Shown here one piece after another: positions 41,369-50,354 of a stretch of DNA of 64,000 bases. The stretch is taken from contig DATBFJ010000028.1 of NCBI GenBank assembly GCA_036558545.1, positions 4,259-68,258 on the forward strand, given 5' to 3'. The notes under the pieces are model-generated. The model searched no databases. It was not told the origin of the DNA and was given only the letters and a program-made list of their open reading frames with translations. The translations under genes and the position numbers were made by a program. This stretch comes from Candidatus Limnocylindrales bacterium (GTDB lineage: Bacteria > Chloroflexota > Limnocylindria > Limnocylindrales > CSP1-4). Each line of letters begins with the position of its first letter. Positions within the stretch are counted from its first letter, which is position 1.

Positions 41369-43563
41369 ATCGAGATCGCTTCGCCTGTGTCCGGGGCGTC
41401 CACCATTGCCGCTTCGTCGCGCGCCGTCGGTCCGGGCAGGACGACGACGTTATCGGCAGCGGCGTCGTACCTGTCGGAACTGGTTATCAAGATGACCTGG
41501 AAATCGCTGCCGAGTGCCTTGAGCACGCCCAGCGCGCGTTCTGCGCGATCGGCGTCGAAGGTAACGAATGGATCGTCGAAGATCAGCGGAGGTGTGCCGG
41601 GCTCGGTCACCTGGCGAACGAGGCCCAGTCGAGCACACAGGTACAGCTGATCCAGCGTGCCCTGGGACAACCTGTTGACATCGATCCAGTTGTTCAGCTC
41701 CGGGGCGAAGACACTGAAGGTCAGTGACTGTTCGTCGACCTTCAGCCGTCGATAGCGACCGTCTGTGATCTCCTCGACATCGTTTGCCATGCGCTTCTCG
41801 AGGAAGCGCGCTGCCTTCTTCATCGTCCCCTGCTCGGCGGCGTTGAGCGTCGTGAGGACGTCCTCGTAAATGCGCAGCCGCCGCTCGGCGGCCGCCAGCT
41901 GCTCCTGTGCCTGCTCGAGCGACTCTGACGATGCCGCGACCTTCTCGGCATCAACGGGGTTGTTGGTCACGCGCGCGTCTGCGTTGGCCTCGTCCTGTCG
42001 CGCCTGATCCCGCTCTGGGCCAAGCCGCTGCAGGGCGGCGTTGAACGTTGCGAGTTGGCCGGAAGGATCTTGGCCAATGGTGCCCATGCCCGCGAGCGCG
42101 TGTTTGCACTCGTCGATCTCCGCCGCGGCCATGTCGCGCTGAGTCGCAAGGTCCTCGGAGCCTGCCTCAGGTGCCGCGTCCTTGCCCATCAGGCCGCGGT
42201 ACTCGGCGCGTCGATTGTCCGATTGTGCGATGTGGTCGGCCTCGGCGTTCAACAGCCGTTCAGCGGCGCCGAGATCCTTCGTGCCGAGCGAAGCCAGCGC
42301 CTCGCTGCGCTCCTGGTCGGTCTGGCGCACCTTCTCGGCGAGCTGGGTGCGGCCCGACAACCGTCGCGCGATCTCCGCCTCGCGGAGCTCGTTCTGCATG
42401 CGAACGTCGTTGAGCTTGTTGCGCTCGCGTCGGGCGACGAAGAACAACACCACGCCGACCACAAGCAGGATGACACCGACCGCCAGCGGAACCACCGACA
42501 TTCCGCCAAGAACGCCCACTCCAACTGCCACCAGGCCGACGAACAGAGCGACAAGGCTGCCTGCCATCCATGGCTGCCAGCGCGGGCTGGGGATGGCAAC
42601 GTCGTAGCTCGAGAGGTCCGGCTCGGCCGCCAGCTCGGCACGCATCTCCGAGAGCTTGAACTCGAGCTGGCGAACGTGGTCGACGGTCGAGCGGAGGACA
42701 GGCAGTGCCACTCGCGACGGATGTGACGTATCCAGCCGAGCAATCTCGTCGTGCAGCTCGACGGCCTTCTTGAACGTCGTGTAGCGCTTCGTCGCCTCGA
42801 CCGACCGCGCTGCCAGCTGGACCGCGCGCTCCGCCTTGGCCGCGTTGTCCTTGTTGGAAGCGATCTGTTGTTCGAGCGTGGCACTCGTCGCGCGCGCCGT
42901 GGCAAGCGCGCGACGGTCGGCCTCCAGCTGCTGGAGCGCCTGTTCACCGGTGCGCACCTCCTGGGTGAGCCGGTCCGCGTCGGCGCGCAAGACCTTCAGG
43001 TATCCGGGGTTTTTGGCACCCTCGGTCTTATAGCGGCGGATCGCGTCCTCGAGCTTCTTGCGCGCCGATTGGGTGCCGCGATCGGCGCCACTCATCGATT
43101 GCTGCAGCCTGTCGCGCAGCGTGCTCTCGTCCTGGCCAAGGCCGGCCAGCTCCTGGTGGTGGACGCTTGCCGTCGAGCGCATGAACTTCTCGGAAGGGAC
43201 GCCGGTCATGCGCGCCACCTCCGCATCGACCGATGCCGGATCTGTTTGCGACTCGCCGTCGAACGTCAGCTCGACCGTGCCTCGCGGACCGGCAAAGACC
43301 TTGCGCAGCGTGCCGTGCTTGCCGTGGTCGTCGAAGTCAATCTCGACGACCGGATCGGTGTCAGCCTTGTGCCAGGGCTTCAGGTCGCCCAGCCCGTTCG
43401 ACGCGAATGTGGCGCGTCTGAAGAGGCCCAGCTCGATCGCGCGTTGGACCGTGGATTTGCCCGCCTCATTCGGGCCGCGGACGATATTCAGCCCCGGTTT
43501 CAGCTCGATGTCGAGGTTCTCGTGGCGCCGAAAATCGGTCAGCCGCAGGCGAGTGATGTTCAT
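41239..43563 (-). CDS. SbcC/Rad50-like (YhaN/SbcE-type) AAA ATPase with coiled coil and an internal TM hairpin
   Basis: It begins MNITRLRLTDFRRHENL..GPNEAGKST (Walker A) and has long coiled-coil segments. The C-terminus has LSQGTLDQL (signature) and PLIFDDPF (Walker B). The ATGA overlap with the nuclease stop sets the start at 43563. Confidence 0.8.
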   Translation of the reverse strand: MNITRLRLTDFRRHENLDIELKPGLNIVRGPNEAGKSTVQRAIELGLFRRATFASNGLGDLKPWHKADTDPVVEIDFDDHGKHGTLRKVFAGPRGTVELTFDGESQTDPASVDAEVARMTGVPSEKFMRSTASVHHQELAGLGQDESTLRDRLQQSMSGADRGTQSARKKLEDAIRRYKTEGAKNPGYLKVLRADADRLTQEVRTGEQALQQLEADRRALATARATSATLEQQIASNKDNAAKAERAVQLAARSVEATKRYTTFKKAVELHDEIARLDTSHPSRVALPVLRSTVDHVRQLEFKLSEMRAELAAEPDLSSYDVAIPSPRWQPWMAGSLVALFVGLVAVGVGVLGGMSVVPLAVGVILLVVGVVLFFVARRERNKLNDVRMQNELREAEIARRLSGRTQLAEKVRQTDQERSEALASLGTKDLGAAERLLNAEADHIAQSDNRRAEYRGLMGKDAAPEAGSEDLATQRDMAAAEIDECKHALAGMGTIGQDPSGQLATFNAALQRLGPERDQARQDEANADARVTNNPVDAEKVAASSESLEQAQEQLAAAERRLRIYEDVLTTLNAAEQGTMKKAARFLEKRMANDVEEITDGRYRRLKVDEQSLTFSVFAPELNNWIDVNRLSQGTLDQLYLCARLGLVRQVTEPGTPPLIFDDPFVTFDADRAERALGVLKALGSDFQVILITSSDRYDAAADNVVVLPGPTARDEAAMVDAPDTGEAISMWTPSTLPSEAAPAASDNTSTGGRPATSKPAPPVSPLWPPEDH

Positions 43564-44744
43564 GCCAGCGTCACCCGCGAGGGGTCGTCCAGGAGCGCCA
43601 GGCCAATCCGGAGCGCCTCGCGTGACTCGGCCGCTCCGTCCGCATCGCCCTTCTGCTCCTGTTCCGCGATCCTCGTGCGCAGGTCGCGGGTGAAGGCCCC
43701 CAGGATCGTGTCGGCAGGAGCGATCGGATCCTCGCTGAGCGCTGCGATCGACGAATCGCGCACGCGCAGCCGCAAGAAGGAGGGCGCCAGCTGACGCTCC
43801 AGCTCGTCGACGTTGAGGTCGAGGCTGTTCGAGCGAACACCCAGAATGCGGACGTCGAGCACCAGGTCGGGATTGGCCTGAGCGCTGAGCTGCGCTTCGA
43901 GTGCAGCCTGCGAATCGAGCGTGGCGGCATCCACATCGAGCTTCTGGAACCTGGTCCGGCCCACTTCGTGCGCCTCGACTGAAACTGCGCGCTGGCCATC
44001 GTGATCGTCGAGATTGACGATGAGCACCTGGCCGGCGCCGTCCTGGTCGACCGCGACGGCCTCGGGAGCGCCCGAATAAGCCCACACGGTTCGGCCGGCC
44101 TTGCCCTGACGGAACGAATGCCAGTGGCCGAGCGCCAGGTAGTCGAGGTTGCTCTGGGCGACCTCCTGTTCGAGGAAGGTCACGTCGTCGCCATCGAAGC
44201 GACCGGGCACGGCCATCGAACCGTGGACCATGCCGATCTGCCAGTTTCGTGCCCCATCGATTGGGCCACTGCTGGGGATCGAGATTGCCGGAAGAGGGCT
44301 CTCGCCCGAGCGTTTGGCGGCAAAGACCTTGGCCCGAACTGTCGCCGGGATCTGCGGAAAGTCGATCGTGCCATGAGTATCAGTCAGCACCGTCACCAGG
44401 TTCGATCCGTCCGGCGCCTTGGCCATCTCGGCGAGGTTGAAGACGCGGTAGATGGAGGCAGCGTCATAGCAGTCGTGGGTGCCTGGAATGACCACGACCG
44501 GGATGTGACGCTGGACCAGGCGACCCAGCTCAGTCGCCGCACGTTCGACCGAGCGACGAGGTTGGCTGTTCGAGTCGAAGAGGTCGCCGCAGATGAGGAC
44601 CAGGTCAACCTTCTCGGCAACGGCGAGGTCGATGGCTCGCTTGAACGCATCGAACTGGCGTTCGCGCTGGGCGGCCGCGGCCGTGCCAAGGTCGTCGTGG
44701 CGCGCTCCAAGGTGAACGTCGGCCATGTGCAGCAAGCGCGGCAT
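43560..44744 (-). CDS. Mre11/SbcD-like (YhaO-type) calcineurin-fold DNA repair exonuclease
   Basis: It has LLHMADVHLG, ICGDLFD, GTHD and GHWH metallophosphoesterase motifs. The start is taken at ATG 44744. Confidence 0.85.
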   Translation of the reverse strand: MPRLLHMADVHLGARHDDLGTAAAAQRERQFDAFKRAIDLAVAEKVDLVLICGDLFDSNSQPRRSVERAATELGRLVQRHIPVVVIPGTHDCYDAASIYRVFNLAEMAKAPDGSNLVTVLTDTHGTIDFPQIPATVRAKVFAAKRSGESPLPAISIPSSGPIDGARNWQIGMVHGSMAVPGRFDGDDVTFLEQEVAQSNLDYLALGHWHSFRQGKAGRTVWAYSGAPEAVAVDQDGAGQVLIVNLDDHDGQRAVSVEAHEVGRTRFQKLDVDAATLDSQAALEAQLSAQANPDLVLDVRILGVRSNSLDLNVDELERQLAPSFLRLRVRDSSIAALSEDPIAPADTILGAFTRDLRTRIAEQEQKGDADGAAESREALRIGLALLDDPSRVTLA

Positions 44745-45023
44745 CGAGACTTGAACTCCCTCCGGGCATAGGTGTGTGGCGCTGTCGTCAATTCTGACAG
44801 CCACGGGCCCGGAGCGAAGCGATTCTTGTCTCGCTTCGAGGGTGGGTGATAACCTTCCAAGCGTTACCGGTGCGCCCCAGTTTCAGGGACCTCGGCAGAG
44901 CAACTGGGTTGGCGCCCGGCTCCAGCTTTCAGCGCCACGCCTTGAGTTTGCTCGTGCTGCGTCCCACTGGATCTCTCCGGTGGCGATTGGGTATTCGTTT
45001 TGCTGACCAAGGGGAGGTCGCTG

Positions 45024-45368
45024 GTGACCTATCAAGATCGAACCCTCACCTGTGCCGACTGCGGCGTGGAGTTCATCCACTCCGCCGCCGACCAGGAGTT
45101 CTACGCGCAGAAGGGGTTCGCATCCGACCCGAAGCGCTGCCCTTCATGCCGCGCCTCGCGCCGGCAGATGCGCGAGAACAGCGGCTTCGACGTGCGTGAG
45201 ATCGGTGGCCCGCGCGGCTATGAGCGCGGTGACTACCGGCCGCAACGCGAGTATTTCGCGGTGATCTGCTCCAAATGCGGCAACGCCGCCCAGGTTCCGT
45301 TCAAGCCGCGTCAGGACAAGCCTGTTTACTGCTCAGACTGCTTCAGGGACGTCCAGGCGGCCTCCTGA
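45024..45368 (+). CDS. Double zinc-ribbon protein (zf-trcl / CxxC-x17-CxxC family)
   Basis: It has CADCGVEFIHSAADQEFYAQKGF..PKRCPSCR and CSKCGNAAQVPFKPRQDKPVYCSDCF. The GTG at 45024 lies 6 nt after GGGGAGG. Confidence 0.7.
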   Translation: MTYQDRTLTCADCGVEFIHSAADQEFYAQKGFASDPKRCPSCRASRRQMRENSGFDVREIGGPRGYERGDYRPQREYFAVICSKCGNAAQVPFKPRQDKPVYCSDCFRDVQAAS

Positions 45369-45387
45369 CCCAAAAGGCTCACACAAA

Positions 45388-45416
45388 CCCGGCCGATATC
45401 AACCGGCCGGGTTTTT
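45388..45416. terminator. Bidirectional intrinsic terminator between convergent genes
   Basis: The stem CCCGGCCG / CGGCCGGG has an 8-nt loop. It is followed by TTTTT on the plus strand and preceded by AAA, which gives TTTG on the minus strand. Confidence 0.75.
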
Positions 45417-45419
45417 CTT

Positions 45420-46052
45420 TCACTTGTCGGGAGGGGTCAGCGGGTCATCGATCGAGCAATCGACTCCGTCCGGCAACGGTTGAACGCAAACCGTCACAGA
45501 TGGGCCATAGATCGTCGAGAAAGTAAACGGACCCATCCGGTAGTCGACTGCAACGCCTTCATAGGACTGCTCACCGGGACGTGTCGCCACCGTCACGGCG
45601 ACGGCTGGACGTGAAGCTCCCGAACTTTCTGCCGCAAGTGTGCCAGGCAGTGATTCGTAGTTATTGAGAGCGTCCCCGATCTCTCCCGCTACTGCTCCTA
45701 TTCCGCTCTGCGGTTTCCCGGGTCGGGCCATCAGGCTGTCAACGAGAACGATCCCGGATGTCGCACCGACAAGCCTCATATCCTCGATCGTTGCGCTTAG
45801 GCCGGCTGCGGGTCGCAGAAAGACTCCTACGTAGACCGGGGTATAGGGCGTCACGCCGGCCTCTGAAGTTAGGCCAACCGCATTCCGGGCCTGATCTCCG
45901 AGTGGCAGGTCGAGGGCAAGCAAGGCTCCCTCCGGGTCCTCCTTGAGGGGACCGCCGGGAAAGCGCACAAAGCCGATGACATTCAAGGCAAGTGCCGCGA
46001 CAACGGCACAGCTAACAGTTAGCGCTACCAGCCGCATCATGTGCTGAAGCAC
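45420..46052 (-). CDS. Hypothetical exported/membrane-anchored protein
   Basis: 210 aa with a hydrophobic N-terminus (MMRLVALTVSCAVVAALALNVIGF). I recognised no family. Confidence 0.5.
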   Translation of the reverse strand: MLQHMMRLVALTVSCAVVAALALNVIGFVRFPGGPLKEDPEGALLALDLPLGDQARNAVGLTSEAGVTPYTPVYVGVFLRPAAGLSATIEDMRLVGATSGIVLVDSLMARPGKPQSGIGAVAGEIGDALNNYESLPGTLAAESSGASRPAVAVTVATRPGEQSYEGVAVDYRMGPFTFSTIYGPSVTVCVQPLPDGVDCSIDDPLTPPDK

Positions 46053-46160
46053 AGGTTACGGCCGAATGATCCACGCGTGGCGCCGAATGGGACTTATTCA
46101 GGTTTGAAGCGAGGCTCGTCGTAGACTTCAAGTCGACGACAGGAGGTAGCCCAGACACCC

Positions 46161-47741
46161 ATGACAGACACGATCGAGCGGCCGCAGCTGAAGATCACCT
46201 ACGCGACGCTGCGCAACGACAACGACGAGCTGCACGCGCAGTTTGAAAAGGGCGTGGAAGAGGCCCGAGCAATGCTCGGCAAGAGCCATCGCAATTTCGT
46301 GAACGGCGCAGAGCGTGAGGGCGAAGGCACCTTCGAGAAGCATTCACCGATTGACGGCTCGCTCGTGGGCACCTTCGCCAAGGGCACGCGACACGACGTC
46401 CAGGACGCGGTCGACGCCGCGCGTGCAGCCTTTCCGGCATGGTCGGGCAGGCCCTGGCAGGAGCGCGTAGCCATACTGCGTCGTGTAGCCGACGTCATCA
46501 GCGAACGGCAGATGGTCTTCGCTGCGCTGCTCTCGATCGAAGTTGGCAAGAACCGCCTCGAGGCGCTGGGCGACGTCGAGGAGACCGCCGACCTGATCCG
46601 CTGGTCGTGCGACATGGTCGAGCAGAATGGTGGCTTCGATCACCCGATGGGCAACCTTGGTGACGACACCGTCCACACTCGTTCCGTGCTCAAGCCGTAC
46701 GGTGTGTGGGCAATCATCAGCCCGTTCAATTTCCCCTTCGCGCTGAGTGGCGGCCCGTCCGGCGGCGCTCTCGTCGCTGGCAATACAGTCGTATACAAGC
46801 CCTCGTCCGACGCTCCGCTGTCGGGCGTTTGCCTGACTCAGGCCATGCGCGACGGCGGCATCCCGGCGGGCGTCTTCAACATGGTCGCCGGTCCCGGCGA
46901 AACGGTTGGTGCCGAGCTCCAGGAGAACGACGGAGTCGACGGCATCCTGTTCACCGGGTCGTTCGAGGTCGGCTTCGACCTCTACAAGCACTTCGCCAAG
47001 CGCTACCCCAAGCCCGTCATCGTTGAGATGGGCGGCAAGAATCCGGCCATCGTCACGGCCACTGCCGACCTTGACGAGGCGGCGGAGGGCGTGATGCGCG
47101 GCGCATTCGGCTTCAGCGGCCAAAAGTGCTCAGCCAACAGCCGCGTCTACGTCGAGCGCCCCGTCTACGAGCAGTTCCTGCAGCTGCTTGGCCAGAAGGC
47201 GCAAGCGATCTCAGTCGGCGACCCGGTCGAACGCCAGAACTGGATGGGACCGGTTATCAATCAGCGTGCATTGGCGCGCTACGAGAACGCCGTTGCTGAG
47301 GCGAAGCATGAGGGCCGAATCGTCGCCGGGGGCGAGCGACTGACTGACGGCGACCTCAGCGATGGGTATTTCGTCGCCCCGACTGTTGTCGCCGATCTGC
47401 CGCTCGAACACCGACTCTTCCGTGAGGAGCTGTTCCTGCCCTTTGTTGCCATCGCACCGGTGGATTCGGTCGATCAGGCGCTCGACCTGGCCAACGACAA
47501 CGATCTTGGCCTGACAGCGGGCATCTACACCGGCAACCAGGCCGACATCGACAAGTTCCTGGCCCGCATTGAAGCCGGCGTCGTTTACGTCAACAGGCGT
47601 GCCGGGTCAACGACCGGGGCATGGCCGGGCGTTCAGCCGTTCGGCGGCTGGAAGGGCTCGACCGCTACGGGCAAGGCCGGCGGCGGGCTCTACTACGTCC
47701 AGCAGTTCATGCGCGAGCAGTCGCAGACCGTCGTCGACTAG
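46161..47741 (+). CDS. Aldehyde dehydrogenase family, probable L-glutamate gamma-semialdehyde (1-pyrroline-5-carboxylate) dehydrogenase
   Basis: 526 aa. It has ALDH motifs (VVYKPSSDAP, EMGGKNP, FGFSGQKCSA) and an N-terminal region like Thermus/Bacillus-type P5CDH. Confidence 0.8.
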   Translation: MTDTIERPQLKITYATLRNDNDELHAQFEKGVEEARAMLGKSHRNFVNGAEREGEGTFEKHSPIDGSLVGTFAKGTRHDVQDAVDAARAAFPAWSGRPWQERVAILRRVADVISERQMVFAALLSIEVGKNRLEALGDVEETADLIRWSCDMVEQNGGFDHPMGNLGDDTVHTRSVLKPYGVWAIISPFNFPFALSGGPSGGALVAGNTVVYKPSSDAPLSGVCLTQAMRDGGIPAGVFNMVAGPGETVGAELQENDGVDGILFTGSFEVGFDLYKHFAKRYPKPVIVEMGGKNPAIVTATADLDEAAEGVMRGAFGFSGQKCSANSRVYVERPVYEQFLQLLGQKAQAISVGDPVERQNWMGPVINQRALARYENAVAEAKHEGRIVAGGERLTDGDLSDGYFVAPTVVADLPLEHRLFREELFLPFVAIAPVDSVDQALDLANDNDLGLTAGIYTGNQADIDKFLARIEAGVVYVNRRAGSTTGAWPGVQPFGGWKGSTATGKAGGGLYYVQQFMREQSQTVVD

Positions 47742-48265
47742 CCAAGTTCGTCCGCCAGCGCGACGTACGCCGGCAAGAGCTCCTCCCAGCGCAGCTCTGT
47801 ATCGCCGATCTCGCGACCTCCGATATAACTTCCCAACTTCTCGGCGTTGATCTGCCAGCCCACGCCGTAGAACTGGATCTTGTCCAAGGGCATGCCCTTG
47901 ATGACGGCGACCAGAACGGTCTGGTCGCCGTCTGGCGTGAGCGTTGCCTCGATGCTCGAGTCGAAGGGCGGAACGCCGTTGCCCTGTCGATACGACTCAT
48001 CCGATTCCCTGACGGTCACGCGCAGGCGCCGTGGCGCCTCACATTCCTCGACTCGACCGCCGCCATCCCACTCAGCTGAGAGATTGAAGCGGCCACCAGG
48101 ACGCAGGTCACCGTCGATCTTGCCGAACCAGCGCGCCAATCTTGCTGGCTCCGTGATTGCCGACCACAGATCGTTGACGTCCGTGTCGTAGCGCTCCTCG
48201 ATGCGCAACACACCTCTGTCGTCGGCCTTGGCGAAGCTGCCCAGGGCCGGCTCAGTCGGCTGCAT
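47738..48265 (-). CDS. SRPBCC-superfamily protein (AHSA1/START-like), tandem copy 2
   Basis: It has RIEERYDTDVNDLWSAITEPARLARWF. The start is taken at ATG 48265, and the longer track ORF is an over-extension. Confidence 0.75.
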   Translation of the reverse strand: MQPTEPALGSFAKADDRGVLRIEERYDTDVNDLWSAITEPARLARWFGKIDGDLRPGGRFNLSAEWDGGGRVEECEAPRRLRVTVRESDESYRQGNGVPPFDSSIEATLTPDGDQTVLVAVIKGMPLDKIQFYGVGWQINAEKLGSYIGGREIGDTELRWEELLPAYVALADELG

Positions 48266-48788
48266 TGCGATCGGTGGCGCCGGCCAGCTCTTCGTACGCC
48301 GGCTGAAGCGCTTTCCAGCGTTCCTCGGCATCCTCGGCCTTGTCACCGGCGAGGTAAGAGGCGAGGTCCTCGACCTCGATCTGGTTGCCCGCACCGTACG
48401 CGGCCACTTTGTCTGCTGGCATTCCACGTTCCTCGACGACGAGGAGTGTTTGATCGCCCATGGAAGTAAGGACAACCTCCTTGACCGTCTCGTACGACAG
48501 CCCTTCGTCCTTGCCACGAATCTGGAATCGATGCGGTGGCTCGCACGCTTCGATGCGGCATGTTCCCTCCCAGCCGCTGCCGAAGTAATGGATGCGAACA
48601 TCGCCACCGGTGCGCAGGTCACCTTCGACCTCGCACAGCCATTGGGCGAGCCGGCGCGGATCGGTGATTGCCGTCCACAGGTCGTCGATATCCGTATCAA
48701 ACCGATCCTCGATACGGACGATCCCGCTTCCATCCATGACACTCACCGAACCCAGGATTCTCACGTTGGAAGAGACGTTAGTCGTCAT
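48252..48788 (-). CDS. SRPBCC-superfamily protein (AHSA1/START-like), tandem copy 1
   Basis: It has RIEDRFDTDIDDLWTAITDPRRLAQWL. It is a paralog of the downstream copy (similar along the full length by eye). Confidence 0.75.
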   Translation of the reverse strand: MTTNVSSNVRILGSVSVMDGSGIVRIEDRFDTDIDDLWTAITDPRRLAQWLCEVEGDLRTGGDVRIHYFGSGWEGTCRIEACEPPHRFQIRGKDEGLSYETVKEVVLTSMGDQTLLVVEERGMPADKVAAYGAGNQIEVEDLASYLAGDKAEDAEERWKALQPAYEELAGATDRNAAD

Positions 48789-49111
48789 TCGGCTGTCTCC
48801 CTTTCACTCTTGCCCCGCGCGATCTCAGCGTGAAGGGCGTCTAGTCGCTTCTCCCACAGAGCCCTGTACCGACTCAACCAAGTGTCGATCGCTTCCAGCG
48901 GCTGCGGACGAAGCCCGTAGATCCGTCTTTGTGCATCGCGGTGAACCTCGACGAGGCCGGCCTCGCGGAGCACGCGGAGGTGGCGCGATACCCCCGGCCG
49001 GGCGATGGGCAACAGGGCCGCCAACTCACCGGCGGTGGCCGGACCTCTTGCCAGCCGGTCGACCAAGGTCAGCCGGCTCTGGTCGGCGAGGGCGCTGAGG
49101 ACGGTTTCCAT
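48785..49111 (-). CDS. ArsR/SmtB-family HTH transcriptional regulator
   Basis: It has LSALADQSRLTLVDRLARGPATAGELAALLPIARPGVSRHLRVLREAGLV. It overlaps the downstream SRPBCC gene by 4 nt. Confidence 0.85.
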   Translation of the reverse strand: METVLSALADQSRLTLVDRLARGPATAGELAALLPIARPGVSRHLRVLREAGLVEVHRDAQRRIYGLRPQPLEAIDTWLSRYRALWEKRLDALHAEIARGKSERETAE

Positions 49112-49122
49112 TGCTTGCGGAG

Positions 49123-49156
49123 TGTACCCGCATCGTTACGTAACAGTCAAGGTACA
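49123..49156. promoter_or_regulatory. Composite palindrome TGTACC-N6-GTTACGTAAC-N6-GGTACA; candidate ArsR operator
   Basis: Read directly from the sequence. A perfect 10-bp palindrome at 49135-49144 is flanked symmetrically by complementary hexamers. It lies 12 nt upstream of the arsR-family start, in a 94-bp divergent region. Confidence 0.4.
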
Positions 49157-49205
49157 TAAGCCCCATGACCCATTTTGGGTGTCGCCAATAAGGCGCTTTT
49201 GCACG

Positions 49206-50273
49206 ATGCTGCGCGGTGTGAGGGAACTCCTACGTCACCTGACGTTGCTTGTCACGGCGCTGACGCTCTTGCTTGCAGGCGCGACGTCCGTATCCGCGGA
49301 CCCGGTTCCAGTTGGCAATCTGCGCGTGCCACCTCTCGACGGTGGTAGTGGAACAGTACGGCTGATGGCGGTCGGCGACGTGATGCTCGCCCAATCAATT
49401 GGTCGTCGCATCAAGCAGGACGGCCCACTCGCGCCGTGGGCAAAGGTCAAGCCGTATTTCGACCAGGCGGACCTCGTGGTGGCCAACCTTGAGTGCGTCA
49501 TCTCCGACCGGGGTACGCCCTGGCGCAAGACATTCACCTTTCGAGCGCCTATCGCGGCAGCTCAGTCCCTTGTTGCAGGCGGCATCGATGCCGTGACGGA
49601 TGCCAACAACCACGCCGTGGACTATGGCTTCGACTCGTTCGCCGACACGCTCCACTACCTGGACGCGGCCGGCGTCGGCCATTTCGGCGGCGGCGCCAAC
49701 CTCGCTGCGGCACGCGCGCCGCTGATCCTGACCAGGAACGGCCTGCGCATCGCGTTCCTGGGCTACGTCCTGCCGTTCAGCGGCAAGCCCGCGTTCAACA
49801 CCAAGCAATGGGCAGCGACGGCCTCGTCGTCCGGGCTGGCGATTGGTTACCCGGACGTCGTGACAGCGGACGTCAAGGCGGCCAAGCAGCTGGCGGACAT
49901 CGTCATCGTGATGGTCCATGGCGGTATCGAATACAGCTTCCAGCCGAGCAAGGCACAGAAGAAGTTCGACGTTGCCGCCTTCAACGCCGGCGCCGCGCTG
50001 GTGATCGGTGCTCATCCACACGTGCTGCAGGGTTACGTCTTCCAGAATCACCAGGCGATCGCCTACAGCGAGGGCAACTTCGTATTCGACCGGTTCACAG
50101 GGAACGAGAACGACACCGCCATCCTCGACGTCACGCTCAGCGCTGACGGAGTCGACTCACTGAATTGGATCCCGATCGAGATTCACAACGGCTTTCCGCG
50201 GCCTGCGACGAGCACCGAGGCAGCACGCATCATGAGCCACCTCAAGCGATTGCCGCTGCCCAGCATTCCGTGA
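49206..50273 (+). CDS. CapA-family (PGA_cap) metallophosphatase-like secreted protein
   Basis: A signal peptide follows ATG 49206 (LTLLVTALTLLLAGATSVSA). It has MAVGDVML...ANLECV...NNHAVDYG...VMVHGGIEY. Confidence 0.8.
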   Translation: MLRGVRELLRHLTLLVTALTLLLAGATSVSADPVPVGNLRVPPLDGGSGTVRLMAVGDVMLAQSIGRRIKQDGPLAPWAKVKPYFDQADLVVANLECVISDRGTPWRKTFTFRAPIAAAQSLVAGGIDAVTDANNHAVDYGFDSFADTLHYLDAAGVGHFGGGANLAAARAPLILTRNGLRIAFLGYVLPFSGKPAFNTKQWAATASSSGLAIGYPDVVTADVKAAKQLADIVIVMVHGGIEYSFQPSKAQKKFDVAAFNAGAALVIGAHPHVLQGYVFQNHQAIAYSEGNFVFDRFTGNENDTAILDVTLSADGVDSLNWIPIEIHNGFPRPATSTEAARIMSHLKRLPLPSIP

Positions 50274-50354
50274 ATTCCGCTCGGCGAGTACACTATTTGA
50301 TGCAGCCTGCATGTTTTTTATGCATTCAACCGGGCTGCGTACAGGGGTGATGAC

